A stretch of DNA of 64,000 nucleotides, from NCBI GenBank assembly GCA_033763315.1, contig JANRKS010000017.1:1-64000 (forward strand), in the 5' to 3' direction. Positions 37,876 through 48,050 of this stretch are shown here, piece by piece (position 1 is the first letter of the stretch; the number at the start of each line of letters is the position of its first letter). The stretch comes from Deltaproteobacteria bacterium. Lineage in GTDB: Bacteria > Myxococcota_A > Polyangia > Fen-1088. Both the position numbers and the translations under genes were made by a program. The notes beneath the pieces are model-generated. The model saw only the letters and a list, made by a program, of their open reading frames with translations, did not search any database and was not told the origin of the DNA.

Positions 37876-38730
37876 TTAGAACACATCTTTAAAGCGGCAC
37901 AAGACGATTTGCCGCTGCTGCAGCCACACCCGCACCTGCGGGTCGCACAACGTTTCGAGTTCTAGGCGGCGCTCAAACACGCGCCGCTGGCCCGACAGCG
38001 TGAGCGTCTCGGTGGGCGCAAGGCCGGGATGACAGATCAATTCGTGCACGCCGGGCCCCATGCGCCCCAACACCTCAAGCAGACGCAATCGACCGAGGTT
38101 CCCACTCTCGGCCAGCCCCCAGCTTTGGGCGCCGTGTCGGATCGCGCCCAGTCGGCGGCGCGAAAGGTAAGCCAGAGCGCCCATCACGGCCAACGGCACA
38201 CCCTTTTGCGCGTCAGTGAACCACGACAAAGACGGGCCCTCCATAGCGGAACGAATGGTCCGAATTCGCAGCTGTTGCGCCACCCGCTCCATCGCTTCAC
38301 TGATGGCTGGCAAAAAGCCCAACTGCAGATACGTATTCATATGATCGAGGACAACGCCGGCATCGAGCAAACGCCGCGTCTGGGCTCGGACCTCCGTCTC
38401 AATGTGTGCGGGATGAATTTTGCCGCGCACCCAACGCGTGAACAGTTCAGCTGGCGAATCGAAGAATCGGCCCGCTTCATTGACGAGGCTTGGTATCTCG
38501 CCCGGCGCGCTGATAGGCGTGGCGCCCACCAAGACGATGTGGACACCCAAGCCAAGTTCGGGCGCCTCTGTCAGCTGTTGCTTGCACGTGGCAACATCGC
38601 AGGTCCCCCAAATCGACGCGCTCGTGACGATGCCCTCACGATGCGCGCGCAAGATGCCTCGCGTGATGTCGTCCTGGGCACCCAGGCCGTCCGCGTTCAC
38701 AATCAATCGTATGGCCGCTGCGCTCATCAC
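37876..38730 (-). CDS. ChbG/HpnK/YdjC-family deacetylase homolog with degenerate metal-binding motifs
   Basis: LIVNADGLG, GIVTSAS, LGVHIVL and ELICHPG..RRLELETL are family motifs; the canonical ADDFG and HxDSHxH are altered. Confidence 0.8.
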   Translation of the reverse strand: MMSAAAIRLIVNADGLGAQDDITRGILRAHREGIVTSASIWGTCDVATCKQQLTEAPELGLGVHIVLVGATPISAPGEIPSLVNEAGRFFDSPAELFTRWVRGKIHPAHIETEVRAQTRRLLDAGVVLDHMNTYLQLGFLPAISEAMERVAQQLRIRTIRSAMEGPSLSWFTDAQKGVPLAVMGALAYLSRRRLGAIRHGAQSWGLAESGNLGRLRLLEVLGRMGPGVHELICHPGLAPTETLTLSGQRRVFERRLELETLCDPQVRVWLQQRQIVLCRFKDVF

Positions 38731-38820
38731 AGAGCCGCCTTATCGCACACTTTGGCGCTGGGGGCTTGCGCTCGCCCCGTCCAGCGTCCAACCTAACGGT
38801 TCGCCGTCACTCGGCGCTTG

Positions 38821-40170
38821 ATGCCAAAGTCTTCTTCATCGCCTCGTCGTAGCCCTTCTGTCGCGAGCAAGCCTGTCGCTCCTCCGCTGCCTTACACCGT
38901 CAACAGGACGCGCTTACGCAATGGGCTGCGGCTGTGCACAGTTGAAGTGCCCTATTTACACACGGCCACTGTGGCGCTGTATGTACGAACCGGGTCGCGC
39001 TACGAGACCGCAAAGAACAATGGCCTATCGCATTTCCTCGAGCACATGCTGTTCCGTGGCTCGGGCAAGTATCCAAACTCGTTGGCGCTGAACACGGCCA
39101 TCGAGGAGTTGGGTGGAACGCTCTACGCTGAAACGGGCCGCGATTACGCCGTTTACTCCATTTCACTTGGCCCCCGTGGCGTCACCGAAGCCTTAGAGAT
39201 TTTGGGCGATTTGTTCAGCGGCCCCGCGTTTAAGGACATCGATCTTGAACGCCAGATGGTGCTTGAGGAAATCCTCGAAGACATGGACCACCGCGGTCGC
39301 ATGGTGAACGTGCACGATCTGACCCGACTGGCGGCGTGGGGCGAGCACCCTCTCGGCTATTCGATCTTGGGCTCGCCTAAGAACGTGCGGGCCTTCAACT
39401 TGCGCGACGTCCGTGGGCATTTTCGGCGCCACTATGGCGCGTCCAACATGGTTCTGTGCGTCGCGGGTCGTGTGCATCTGAACAACATCGAACCCGCCGC
39501 TCGCCAAGCCTTCTCGCGCATCGCCCGCGGCAAGCCGATCAAGGCCAAACCTGCGCGTCCTCTGCTCTCAGGCCCGCGCTGGCAAACCGTGGCCACGGAC
39601 GCCGCGCAGTCACAGATCCAAATGCTGTTTTATGGTTTGCCGATGGACGACGCTGATCACGCCGCCCAAGCCGCTTTGATGCGGCTCATCGACGATGGCA
39701 TGGCCACGCCTTTGCACTACCGCGTCTGTGATCAAAAGGGCCTGGCCTATAGCGTTGGCGCCGACCTTGATCACTATTACGACACATCGCTGGTTGAGAT
39801 CGATGCCGCCTGCGCGCCCGGAAAACTCAGCGCGCTCGTGCAAGAGATCTTGAACATCTTAAGCGAATTCAAAACCAAGCTGGTGGAACCGGCGGCTTTG
39901 GCGCGCGTCAAGCGGAGATACCGCGAGGACTTGGAAGCCAGCTACGACGACGTTGGCAGTTTGTGCAACTGGTACGGTGGCGCCGAATTGTTCACCCGCC
40001 CACGCACGCACGGCGATCGACTCAAGCAAATGGACAAAGTGACGGCCGAACAGGTGCGTCGCGTCGCCCAGCGTATCTTCCAAGCTGAGCGACTGACAAC
40101 CGTGGTGGCCGGTCAATTCTCGGCCGTGCAAACGCGCAAGACACGCCAGTTGTTGCGCGATCTGCTTTAA
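38821..40170 (+). CDS. M16 family zinc peptidase (pitrilysin-like)
   Basis: GSRYE..NGLSHFLEHMLFRG (HXXEH), ERQMVLEE, HPLG..ILG, YGASNMVL. Confidence 0.9.
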   Translation: MPKSSSSPRRSPSVASKPVAPPLPYTVNRTRLRNGLRLCTVEVPYLHTATVALYVRTGSRYETAKNNGLSHFLEHMLFRGSGKYPNSLALNTAIEELGGTLYAETGRDYAVYSISLGPRGVTEALEILGDLFSGPAFKDIDLERQMVLEEILEDMDHRGRMVNVHDLTRLAAWGEHPLGYSILGSPKNVRAFNLRDVRGHFRRHYGASNMVLCVAGRVHLNNIEPAARQAFSRIARGKPIKAKPARPLLSGPRWQTVATDAAQSQIQMLFYGLPMDDADHAAQAALMRLIDDGMATPLHYRVCDQKGLAYSVGADLDHYYDTSLVEIDAACAPGKLSALVQEILNILSEFKTKLVEPAALARVKRRYREDLEASYDDVGSLCNWYGGAELFTRPRTHGDRLKQMDKVTAEQVRRVAQRIFQAERLTTVVAGQFSAVQTRKTRQLLRDLL

Positions 40171-42248
40171 AGCTGCGCCGTCACCAGCTCGAATTTGTTG
40201 TTGGTGTCATTGAGCACCTTCAACGATTGACGTGGCCCATCGGCAAGCAACGTCTTGAGCTTTTCGAAGCGCGCTTTCTCAACCACGAAGAACACGCGTT
40301 TGCCGGAATTGCGCGCCAAATACGCTTGCAGATCTTCGGCGTTGCGGGTGCCAAGAAACACTGTGCGCTTGTCGCTTGGGCCCTCGTAGATTTCGTTTTG
40401 CGAATAAAACGTTTCTCCACGCCAATACATTTGCCAAGCGATGAGCGGCTCTTCGGGACCTCTGCGCTCTTTGTAATACGTGGCCAACAGGCCTTTTTGC
40501 GACCAAATGTCGGAGACCTGTTTCATGTACACGTCGAGCAAGAAATAGGTGAAGACAACAGCGCAGCCACACAACGCCACGGTGCCTAAGCGGCGCAGGC
40601 GCGGCCCGATCAACAACAAAGTTGCAACGGCAAATGCCACGCCTGCGCCGAGCAGCCACGAACGGTAATCCAGCGCGGCCGGCCACGCCCGCCCCTTGGG
40701 ATCGTTCACGTAGTCATAAGAAAACAGCCAGATGAACCGCTGCGCGGCGTTCTGGGTGCGAACCAAATCCCAAGTCACGAGCGCCAGCAACGGTATGCCC
40801 ACCAATGCCACCAGCCGCACGGCCAAGACCCGGCCACGCTCCAAAATGTCGTCGAGGAAGCAGGCAATTGCTAGCGCCAACCCGGGTAGAGCGGGGAGGA
40901 TGTAGTGGTGGAACTTCGTCATCGACAATGAAACCACACCATAGGCAGCCACGAACCAAATGGCGCCAAACCAGAAGATCTCTTGGCGATACGCACCCGG
41001 CTGCGGTGCCTGATCACCCGGGGCCTTGAACGGACGCATGATGACCCAAGCCAACGCCGCCGGCGCCAGCGTGAGCCACGGCAGCACGGCGAAGCCCAGC
41101 TCGCGCAAGAAGTACTCGAACGTGCCGCGATCTCCGTGTCGGCCCAGCACCAGACGCCTCCAGTGGTTGTCGCCGTAAAGCTCGTTCCAGAACCCTTTGC
41201 CAAAGCGAACCAACATCGCGTGGTGCCACGGCACCGCCACCACCAAACACGCGAGCAGGGCCACGCTCAAACCAAACACAATTTGTGGCCGCGCGAGGCG
41301 CCGCCAATTCCACGTGAACGCCAAGTACGCGAACAACACGATCACGGGGAGGCCCAACCCGGCCAGGCCCTTCGCCAAAGTGGCCAACGCCGCTAGGACG
41401 CCGGCTATCACGAGGTACAGCGGGGCGCGGTACCTCGCTTTGACGACGTAATACAGAAAGGCAATGACGCCCGCGATGTAGGGCACCATCACGCTCACGC
41501 CGGGCATGACGAAGTGCAAGCTGCCCAAGCGCACACGCCACCTGATGTTCACGGCGTCGACGATGATTTGTGGCACGGCCGTGGCCAGCAGCAAGCCAAC
41601 GGCGATGTAGAAACTCGCATGATGAGGCCAGGAAATTCCGTGCCATTGCTTGCGCGGCAGCTCCTCCTTTGATTCGTCAAACAAAGCCAGGGCGCACAAC
41701 GCCAAAGCTAGCGTCATCGGGCCCACGAATGGCATGTCGGTCATCGCCTGCCGCGCGACCAACGAGAACATGGGCATGGTTCCCAACACCACGGCGGCCA
41801 GCACGCCCGCGCGCCGGCTCACGAAGCGCGACGCCACCAGATAGACGCCGTAAAGCGCGGTGAGCGCCAGCAAGCAAAACGGCGTGCGCAGCGCCCATTC
41901 CGTGGTCGACGACAGCGCCAGCTGCCCGGGCGGGCTGTGGGCGCCCCCGATGCCGGCGATGCTCATCGCAAAGCTCATGATCCAAAAGGTGAGTACGGGC
42001 TTCGACCAAAACACGTCGCGATCAAGCGGTGAGCCGGGCCAGAACAAACCCACGTAGTCGTGGCGTGATGTCATCTGCCGTGCCACTTCGCCGTAATGTG
42101 TTTCCCAGGGGTCCCACAGGCCGTATGAGCCCGCGAACGGCACGTACAGCAGCACGCCGAACAGCAAGATCAACAGCACGGTTTGTCGCTCACTGAGGCG
42201 ATCCAGCCAACGCGCGGGCGTCGTTGTAGGGGAGGGCGGTGAAGACAT
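40167..42248 (-). CDS. ArnT/PMT-like (GT-C) polyprenyl-phosphate-sugar transferase
   Basis: LWDPWETHYGEVARQM, WSKPVL.FW, EWALRTP, RQAMTDMP, LAKG, TKFHHYILP; many TM helices. Confidence 0.9.
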   Translation of the reverse strand: MSSPPSPTTTPARWLDRLSERQTVLLILLFGVLLYVPFAGSYGLWDPWETHYGEVARQMTSRHDYVGLFWPGSPLDRDVFWSKPVLTFWIMSFAMSIAGIGGAHSPPGQLALSSTTEWALRTPFCLLALTALYGVYLVASRFVSRRAGVLAAVVLGTMPMFSLVARQAMTDMPFVGPMTLALALCALALFDESKEELPRKQWHGISWPHHASFYIAVGLLLATAVPQIIVDAVNIRWRVRLGSLHFVMPGVSVMVPYIAGVIAFLYYVVKARYRAPLYLVIAGVLAALATLAKGLAGLGLPVIVLFAYLAFTWNWRRLARPQIVFGLSVALLACLVVAVPWHHAMLVRFGKGFWNELYGDNHWRRLVLGRHGDRGTFEYFLRELGFAVLPWLTLAPAALAWVIMRPFKAPGDQAPQPGAYRQEIFWFGAIWFVAAYGVVSLSMTKFHHYILPALPGLALAIACFLDDILERGRVLAVRLVALVGIPLLALVTWDLVRTQNAAQRFIWLFSYDYVNDPKGRAWPAALDYRSWLLGAGVAFAVATLLLIGPRLRRLGTVALCGCAVVFTYFLLDVYMKQVSDIWSQKGLLATYYKERRGPEEPLIAWQMYWRGETFYSQNEIYEGPSDKRTVFLGTRNAEDLQAYLARNSGKRVFFVVEKARFEKLKTLLADGPRQSLKVLNDTNNKFELVTAQL

Positions 42249-42303
42249 AAGCGGGGCGGACTCTAGTCTCTGCGGCCGCGCCGGCCAAGGGGCCGAGGGT
42301 CGT

Positions 42304-42570
42304 TTATACGTCGTCGTTGGGGCGGACGAAGCGCTGACGGCGTTTGACCCAAGCCGCCGCCGCGGCCAGCCCCGCAGCGCCCCCCAACCCCGGTGCCAGG
42401 ATCTGCATGGCCTGGGGACGTAAATACGCATCGGGGTTGACGCCTGGCCGGTGCCTCCGCACGAAGTCAGCTTCCACGGCCACAAAGGTGGCCACGCAGG
42501 TCACCAGGCTGGCGCTGGCGAGCCACCGCCCAAGGCGCGGGTGCTGTGGGAAAGACAGGGCGGCGTTCAT
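42304..42570 (-). CDS. Small 2-TM hypothetical protein
   Basis: Two hydrophobic segments; TATAAC 7 nt before the ATG; same strand as the arnT-like gene. Confidence 0.5.
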   Translation of the reverse strand: MNAALSFPQHPRLGRWLASASLVTCVATFVAVEADFVRRHRPGVNPDAYLRPQAMQILAPGLGGAAGLAAAAAWVKRRQRFVRPNDDV

Positions 42571-42659
42571 CGCCCGCGTTATAGACGGTTTGCGCGGGCG
42601 CTGCCACCGCAACGAAACGCTTTAATGCAGCGCGCGTGAGTTTTGTTTCAGAAAGCGAC

Positions 42660-42673
42660 TGTAATCGATATCT
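42660..42673. promoter_or_regulatory. LacI-family-type operator 1 (TGTAATCGATATCT)
   Basis: Fits TGWAANCGNTWNCW; upstream of the Tat-exported Gfo/Idh/MocA gene. Confidence 0.55.
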
Positions 42674-42739
42674 CGGCCGGCTAAGCCTTTAGCTGGTGGT
42701 TGACGGCGGGCGTCCCGTTCGATACTCCTAAGCTGTCTT

Positions 42740-42753
42740 TGAAAACGATTACG
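42740..42753. promoter_or_regulatory. LacI-family-type operator 2 (TGAAAACGATTACG)
   Basis: Central AAACGATT pseudo-palindrome, 13 nt before the ATG at 42767. Confidence 0.6.
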
Positions 42754-42766
42754 GAAAGGTTCTCCC

Positions 42767-44101
42767 ATGTCCCATCTTCTCGGCCGACGTCACTTTTTGC
42801 AGAGTTCCGCCCTGGCCACCTCCGCGGGCGCGACCCTTTTGTCCTCAGCGAAAAGTTATGCGCGCGTCCTGGGCGCAAACGACCGGGTGCGGGTGGGTGT
42901 GGTGGGATTCGCGGACCGGGCCAAGCAAAGCCTTATCCCTGCGTTCTCGGAACACGCCAAATCTTTGAACATGGAGTTTGCGGCCGTCTCCGACATTTGG
43001 TCCGTGCGCCGTGACGAGGCGAAGGCGCACTTTCAGGGCAAGTACAACCAGGCGATCGAAACCACCCGCAACAACGACGAGCTTTATGAGCGCAAGGACA
43101 TCGACGCGGTCATCATCGCCACGGCGGACTTTCAACACGCCATGCACTGTGTGGAAGCCGTCAAAGCTGGCCGCGATGTGTACGTTGAAAAGCCCTTGGC
43201 CAACAAGCTCAAGGACGCAAAGGCCGTTTTAACCACGGTCGAAAAATCGAAGCAGATTGTGCAAGTGGGCACGCAACGCCGCAGCGGCACCAATTACCAA
43301 GCGGCCAACGAATACATTCGTTCCGGAAAATTTGGCGACATCGTTGCCGTCGAAATGACCTGGAATGTGAACCAACCCGGGCGCTGGCGACGCCCCGAAC
43401 TGGTGGCGAAGCTCAAAGAAAGTGACACCGACTGGAAGCGCTTCTTGATGCACATGCCGCACGAGAAATTCGATGCGCGCAAGCACTTGGAATATCGGTT
43501 GTTCTGGCCCTATTCCAGCGGCATTCCTTGCCAGTGGATGGTTCACCAGATCGACACCGTTCACTGGTTCAGCGGTCTGTCTCATCCGCGCAGCGTGGTT
43601 GCCAACGGTGGCATCTATATGTGGCACGATGGCCGCAAGAACTTCGACACCGTGACGGCTGTGTTCGATTACGGCCCCGCTGATGATATGAGCAAGGGCT
43701 TCCAAGTCACCTATTCGTCTCGTCAAACCAACGAGGCGGGTGGGACGAAAGAGGTCTATTACTCGAACGGTGGCACGCTGGATCTCGATAAAAATACGGT
43801 GTCCTCCGAAGGTGGGCTCACCGAGCAAAACGCGAGGCCCATGGGAATGAAACCCTTTGCGGTGCCGGCGATGAAGTTGCCCGACATGAAGGTTGCCGCA
43901 GGTGCAAATACAGGCGCCGATCCGCTAACCAGCGCGCATATGCGCAACTGGATGGAATGTGTACGTTCTCGTCAGCAACCGAACGCCCCGGTGCGCGCCG
44001 GATACAACCACGCGCTTGCCGTGATCATGGTTAAGGCCGCTTTGGACACAGGCAAACGAATAACTTTTGACGATCGCGGTCAAGAGCTACGCGTTGGTTG
44101 A
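42767..44101 (+). CDS. Tat-exported Gfo/Idh/MocA-family oxidoreductase
   Basis: GRRHFL twin-arginine signal; GANDRVRVGVVG, DIDAVIIAT, VYVEKPL, VQVGTQRRS, WMVHQID. Confidence 0.9.
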   Translation: MSHLLGRRHFLQSSALATSAGATLLSSAKSYARVLGANDRVRVGVVGFADRAKQSLIPAFSEHAKSLNMEFAAVSDIWSVRRDEAKAHFQGKYNQAIETTRNNDELYERKDIDAVIIATADFQHAMHCVEAVKAGRDVYVEKPLANKLKDAKAVLTTVEKSKQIVQVGTQRRSGTNYQAANEYIRSGKFGDIVAVEMTWNVNQPGRWRRPELVAKLKESDTDWKRFLMHMPHEKFDARKHLEYRLFWPYSSGIPCQWMVHQIDTVHWFSGLSHPRSVVANGGIYMWHDGRKNFDTVTAVFDYGPADDMSKGFQVTYSSRQTNEAGGTKEVYYSNGGTLDLDKNTVSSEGGLTEQNARPMGMKPFAVPAMKLPDMKVAAGANTGADPLTSAHMRNWMECVRSRQQPNAPVRAGYNHALAVIMVKAALDTGKRITFDDRGQELRVG

Positions 44102-44125
44102 ACAGCAAAACGCACAAGCGCTGCG

Positions 44126-44956
44126 CTAGGTGGCGCTTGTGCTCTGGCCCGCTAAGTTAACAAAGCCGCGCAACCAAATCATGTTCACGGCGTGGCACGC
44201 GGGTAGGGGCGCCATGGTGCTGGTTTCCAACGTGGCCACGAACGGCGTGCCGCGGCGCCAGAACAAATCAGTGATCGAGCCGTCGTGAAGTTCGATGAGG
44301 CCTTCGTGATCACTCCACAAGCCATCATCCACTTCTTCGTTGGTTGCCACGGGCAGAACCTCGTGGGCGGTCGCAAGCAACGGTCGATAGGCCTGGCGAT
44401 CACCAAATACGTACGCGTAACAAGCTTGCCGCGCGAGCCAGGGATCCTGGTGAATGTCCAACATCGCCTGTGGCGTGGGCTCAATCGCCAAGTGTTTCGC
44501 CATCAGCCGCGTCTCATTCGGGCCTTCAGCAAACGGGCGCCACGTCTCGAACGTTTGCCCCGGCTTGAGGCTGTCCACCCACGGCGCGTCAGCGCCCTGA
44601 TTGCCACTGCCCTCCTGCGTGCGATAGCGAACAAAATCGTTGTTGGGGCTGGCGCCGCTGACGTTGTAGCGCGTGCGAATGTCGAACCCTGACGGATTGA
44701 TACAGGGGTAAACCGAAAGCCCCACGTTTCGTTCGCGCGCGTACGCCACAAGCTCGGGCAGGTGATGCAGCAACGTCAGGGGCCCTGCCACTTCGTCACC
44801 ATGAAAACCCGCGGTCACCAGCAACCGTCGTTCACCGGGCGTTGAAGCTTTGAGCAGCGCGAACGTACGCCCCCCTTCTTGGAGCTCATCCACTGTCTCC
44901 ACCCGGGCGAGCTTGGCGTGTTTGCGGAACGCCTTATCGAAGTGATCCCAGGTCAT
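44126..44956 (-). CDS. M14-family metallocarboxypeptidase / succinylglutamate desuccinylase-like protein
   Basis: AGFHGDE (HxxE), INPSGF..RYN..NNDF, DIHQD, TLETS. Confidence 0.8.
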   Translation of the reverse strand: MTWDHFDKAFRKHAKLARVETVDELQEGGRTFALLKASTPGERRLLVTAGFHGDEVAGPLTLLHHLPELVAYARERNVGLSVYPCINPSGFDIRTRYNVSGASPNNDFVRYRTQEGSGNQGADAPWVDSLKPGQTFETWRPFAEGPNETRLMAKHLAIEPTPQAMLDIHQDPWLARQACYAYVFGDRQAYRPLLATAHEVLPVATNEEVDDGLWSDHEGLIELHDGSITDLFWRRGTPFVATLETSTMAPLPACHAVNMIWLRGFVNLAGQSTSAT

Positions 44957-45068
44957 CTGTTAAGGATGGCCCAGCCGCCTCGCGCTGTCGAAACAATGCA
45001 GCCATAACCCAGGCTGTCGTGGCGATTCGCTGCTGGCTATTCGATTAGGTGTTCGCTAAATTGACCCG

Positions 45069-46502
45069 GTGAAGCCGTTTTTGGACCAGGATTTTCTGCT
45101 CGAATCACCCAGTGCGCAGTGGCTTTACCACGAGGTGGCAAGCAAGGCGCCGATCATCGATTACCACTGCCACTTGTCGCCTGAACAGGTGGCCAGCAAC
45201 CACCAGTTCCGCAATCTCTACGAGATTTGGCTTGCGGGCGACCACTACAAATGGCGAGCCATGCGCTCGGCGGGAATGCCCGAAAGGTTCTGCACCGGCG
45301 ACGCCACCGATTGGGAAAAGTTCATGGCTTGGGCGCAAACGGTGCCGCAGACTTTGCGCAACCCGCTTTATCACTGGACGCACTTAGAACTTCGAGATCC
45401 ATTCGGCATCGAAGGCAAATTGCTTTCGCCCGCCACGGCAAATGAAATCTGGACCGCCTGCAATGAGAAGTTGGCCACGCCAGCCTTTCGTGCGCACGGC
45501 CTGATGGCACACTTCGATGTTCAAGTCGTATGCACCACCGACGATCCCACGGACTCGTTGCAGTGGCACCTCGAACACGCGAAGAACCCCAACGCAGCCA
45601 CGCGGCTCTATCCCACGTGGCGTCCTGATCGCGTTTTGTTGATCGATCAGCCGCAGGTGTGGAACGACTGGGTCGACAAACTTTCGGCGGTCGTTGAGGT
45701 TGCCATCGAAACGCTTGATGACCTACGGCAAGCGCTCAAGCGGCGGCACGACTTTTTCCACGCCACGGGTTGCCGTCTTTCGGATCATGGCTTGGAAACC
45801 GCCTACGCTGAACCTTACACCGAAGAAGACCTGGAATTGATCTTCACGAACGCGCGTCAGGGGCGGACCGTGTCCAGCGCTGATGTGGCGCAGTTCCGCT
45901 CGGCTCTGCTTTACGAGATGGCGGTGTGGGATCACGAACGCGGTTGGGTGCAGCAGTTCCACTTCGGGGCCATGAGGAACAACAACAGCCGCGCGTTTGC
46001 GGCGTTGGGCCCCGACACCGGTTTTGATTCGATGGGGGATTGGCCCATCGCGCGGCCTTTGTCATTGTTTTTGGACCGCTTGGACGCAACCAACCAACTT
46101 GCGAAAACCATCCTTTACAACCACAACCCGCGCGACAACGATCTGTTCGCCACGCTGATCGGCAACTTCCAAGATGGCTCCGTTGCAGGGAAGATTCAGT
46201 TCGGGGCGGCGTGGTGGTTTTTGGATCAACGCCTGGGCATCGAAGCGCAGCTTGATTCGCTCTCAAGCATGGGCTTGTTGTCGCGCTTTGTGGGCATGCT
46301 GACGGACTCGCGCAGCTTCCTCTCGTATTCTCGTCACGAATACTTCCGTCGCCTTCTGTGCAACAGGATTGGCGACGAAGTGGAACGTGGGTTGTTGCCC
46401 AACGATCGCGGTTTGCTGACGGAGCTCATTCGCGGCGTTTGCTTCACGAACGCTCGCGATTATTTCGGGCTTGCGCTAGGACAAGGGCGTGGCGCCACGT
46501 AA
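45069..46502 (+). CDS. uxaC: Uronate (glucuronate/galacturonate) isomerase
   Basis: PIIDYHCHL, GDHYKWRAMR, NPLYHWTHLEL, CTTDDP, SDHG, GPDTGFDS, WWFLD, GMLTDSRSFLSYSRHEYFRR. Confidence 0.97.
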   Translation: MKPFLDQDFLLESPSAQWLYHEVASKAPIIDYHCHLSPEQVASNHQFRNLYEIWLAGDHYKWRAMRSAGMPERFCTGDATDWEKFMAWAQTVPQTLRNPLYHWTHLELRDPFGIEGKLLSPATANEIWTACNEKLATPAFRAHGLMAHFDVQVVCTTDDPTDSLQWHLEHAKNPNAATRLYPTWRPDRVLLIDQPQVWNDWVDKLSAVVEVAIETLDDLRQALKRRHDFFHATGCRLSDHGLETAYAEPYTEEDLELIFTNARQGRTVSSADVAQFRSALLYEMAVWDHERGWVQQFHFGAMRNNNSRAFAALGPDTGFDSMGDWPIARPLSLFLDRLDATNQLAKTILYNHNPRDNDLFATLIGNFQDGSVAGKIQFGAAWWFLDQRLGIEAQLDSLSSMGLLSRFVGMLTDSRSFLSYSRHEYFRRLLCNRIGDEVERGLLPNDRGLLTELIRGVCFTNARDYFGLALGQGRGAT

Positions 46503-47010
46503 AGCACTGCCTGCAAAGAAGCCGTCCCGCAAACTCACGCACGCCGACGCCGCGGGAAAGGCGAAAATGGTCAGCGTTGGTGAAAAGCCCGAAACGCTTC
46601 GTGTGGCGATTGCCGTTGCGGTTGTGCGGATGTCGGCCGCAACCTTGGCGTTGATTCAAAGCAACACAGCGGCCAAGGGTGATGTGCTGGCCGTGGCGCG
46701 CGTGGCGGCGTTGGCCGGGCTTAAGCGCACCTCCGAGTTGATTCCCCTATGCCACCCTGTTCGAGTGGTGGGCAGCGACGTGGATCTCGTGGCCGATGCC
46801 GCTGTGCCGGGCGTGCGCATTAGATGCCGCGTCGAAGCTTTCGATCGCACGGGCGTCGAAATGGAAGCCATGATGGGCGCGAGCGTGGCTGCCCTCACGG
46901 TTTACGACATGGTCAAGGGTGTTGAACGCGGCGTCACCATCGAAGCGCTGGGCCTGCAAGCCAAGTCGGGCGGACGCAGCGGCGAATGGCGTCGCCCCGC
47001 CGCCCGCTAA
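46489..47010 (+). CDS. moaC: Cyclic pyranopterin monophosphate synthase
   Basis: LTHAD..GKAKMV, KGDVLAVAR, KRTSELIPLCHP, TGVEMEA, TVYDMVK. Confidence 0.95.
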   Translation: MAPRKALPAKKPSRKLTHADAAGKAKMVSVGEKPETLRVAIAVAVVRMSAATLALIQSNTAAKGDVLAVARVAALAGLKRTSELIPLCHPVRVVGSDVDLVADAAVPGVRIRCRVEAFDRTGVEMEAMMGASVAALTVYDMVKGVERGVTIEALGLQAKSGGRSGEWRRPAAR

Positions 47011-47079
47011 TCTCACGCCGCCTAGCCCGCAGTGCTGGCGTCGGCCCGGCAAATGGGGAATATTACGCCCACCTTCCCC

Positions 47080-48042
47080 ATGTCTTCCGAACACGCAAAA
47101 GTTGTTATCATCGGCTCTGGACCAGCGGGCTTCACCGCCGCGATCTACGCCTCTCGTTCAAACCTCGCCCCCGTCATGTTTGAGGGCGGTGGTGGCTATG
47201 TTGAACCGCTTACGGTGCCAGGTGGTCAGTTGATGATCACGACCGAGGTCGAGAATTTCCCAGGCTTTCCCGAAGGCGTGGAAGGCCCGCACCTCATGGA
47301 GCTGCTCCGCAAACAGGCGATCCGCTTTGGCACGGACGTGCGCACCGCGGATGTCACCGCTGTGGATTTCTCGCAGCGTCCGTTCAAGGTCACCTCCGGC
47401 GAAGACACGGTGTTGGCCGAATCCGTCATCATCGCCACGGGGGCATCGGCTAAGTGGCTCAACATTCCCTCCGAGAAGAAGTTCCAGAACCACGGTGTCA
47501 GCGCTTGCGCCACCTGCGACGGCGCCTTCTTCAAGGAAAAAGAGCTGATCGTGGTGGGCGGTGGCGACACGGCCATGGAAGAAGCCACGTTCTTAACCCG
47601 CTACGCATCGAAGGTGATGTTGGTTCATCGCCGAGGTGATTTCCGCGCGTCGAAGATCATGGTGGAACGCGCCCGCAAACATCCGAAGATTGAATTCCTC
47701 ACTCCATATGTGGTGGAAGACATTCTGGGCGAGTTGCCACGCCCAGGCGTGACCGGCGTGCGTTTGAAGAATGTTGAAGATGGCACCACACGTGATGTTG
47801 CGTGCGGCGGCCTCTTCGTGGCGATTGGCCACCGGCCCAATTCGGATCTGTTCGCCAACGTGCTGGATATGGACGAAGCTGGTTACCTTAAGGTCACCCC
47901 AGGCACAACCCGCACGAAGATCCCAGGGGTGTTTGCATGCGGTGACGTGGCGGACAAAGTCTATCGCCAAGCGATCACAGCCGCGGGCACGGGCTGCATG
48001 GCGGCGATCGACGCCGAGCGTTTCCTGGCTGAACATGAATAA
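47080..48042 (+). CDS. trxB: Thioredoxin-disulfide reductase
   Basis: IIGSGPAG, GGQL..TTEVENFPGF, CATCDG, VGGGDTAMEEA, GDV.D..YRQAITAAGTGC. Confidence 0.97.
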   Translation: MSSEHAKVVIIGSGPAGFTAAIYASRSNLAPVMFEGGGGYVEPLTVPGGQLMITTEVENFPGFPEGVEGPHLMELLRKQAIRFGTDVRTADVTAVDFSQRPFKVTSGEDTVLAESVIIATGASAKWLNIPSEKKFQNHGVSACATCDGAFFKEKELIVVGGGDTAMEEATFLTRYASKVMLVHRRGDFRASKIMVERARKHPKIEFLTPYVVEDILGELPRPGVTGVRLKNVEDGTTRDVACGGLFVAIGHRPNSDLFANVLDMDEAGYLKVTPGTTRTKIPGVFACGDVADKVYRQAITAAGTGCMAAIDAERFLAEHE

Positions 48043-48050
48043 GGACGCCG

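Noticed and set aside
44957-45068. LacI-type operator upstream of uxaC
   Set aside because: Only a weak ATTCGATT core; it does not match the three-site consensus.
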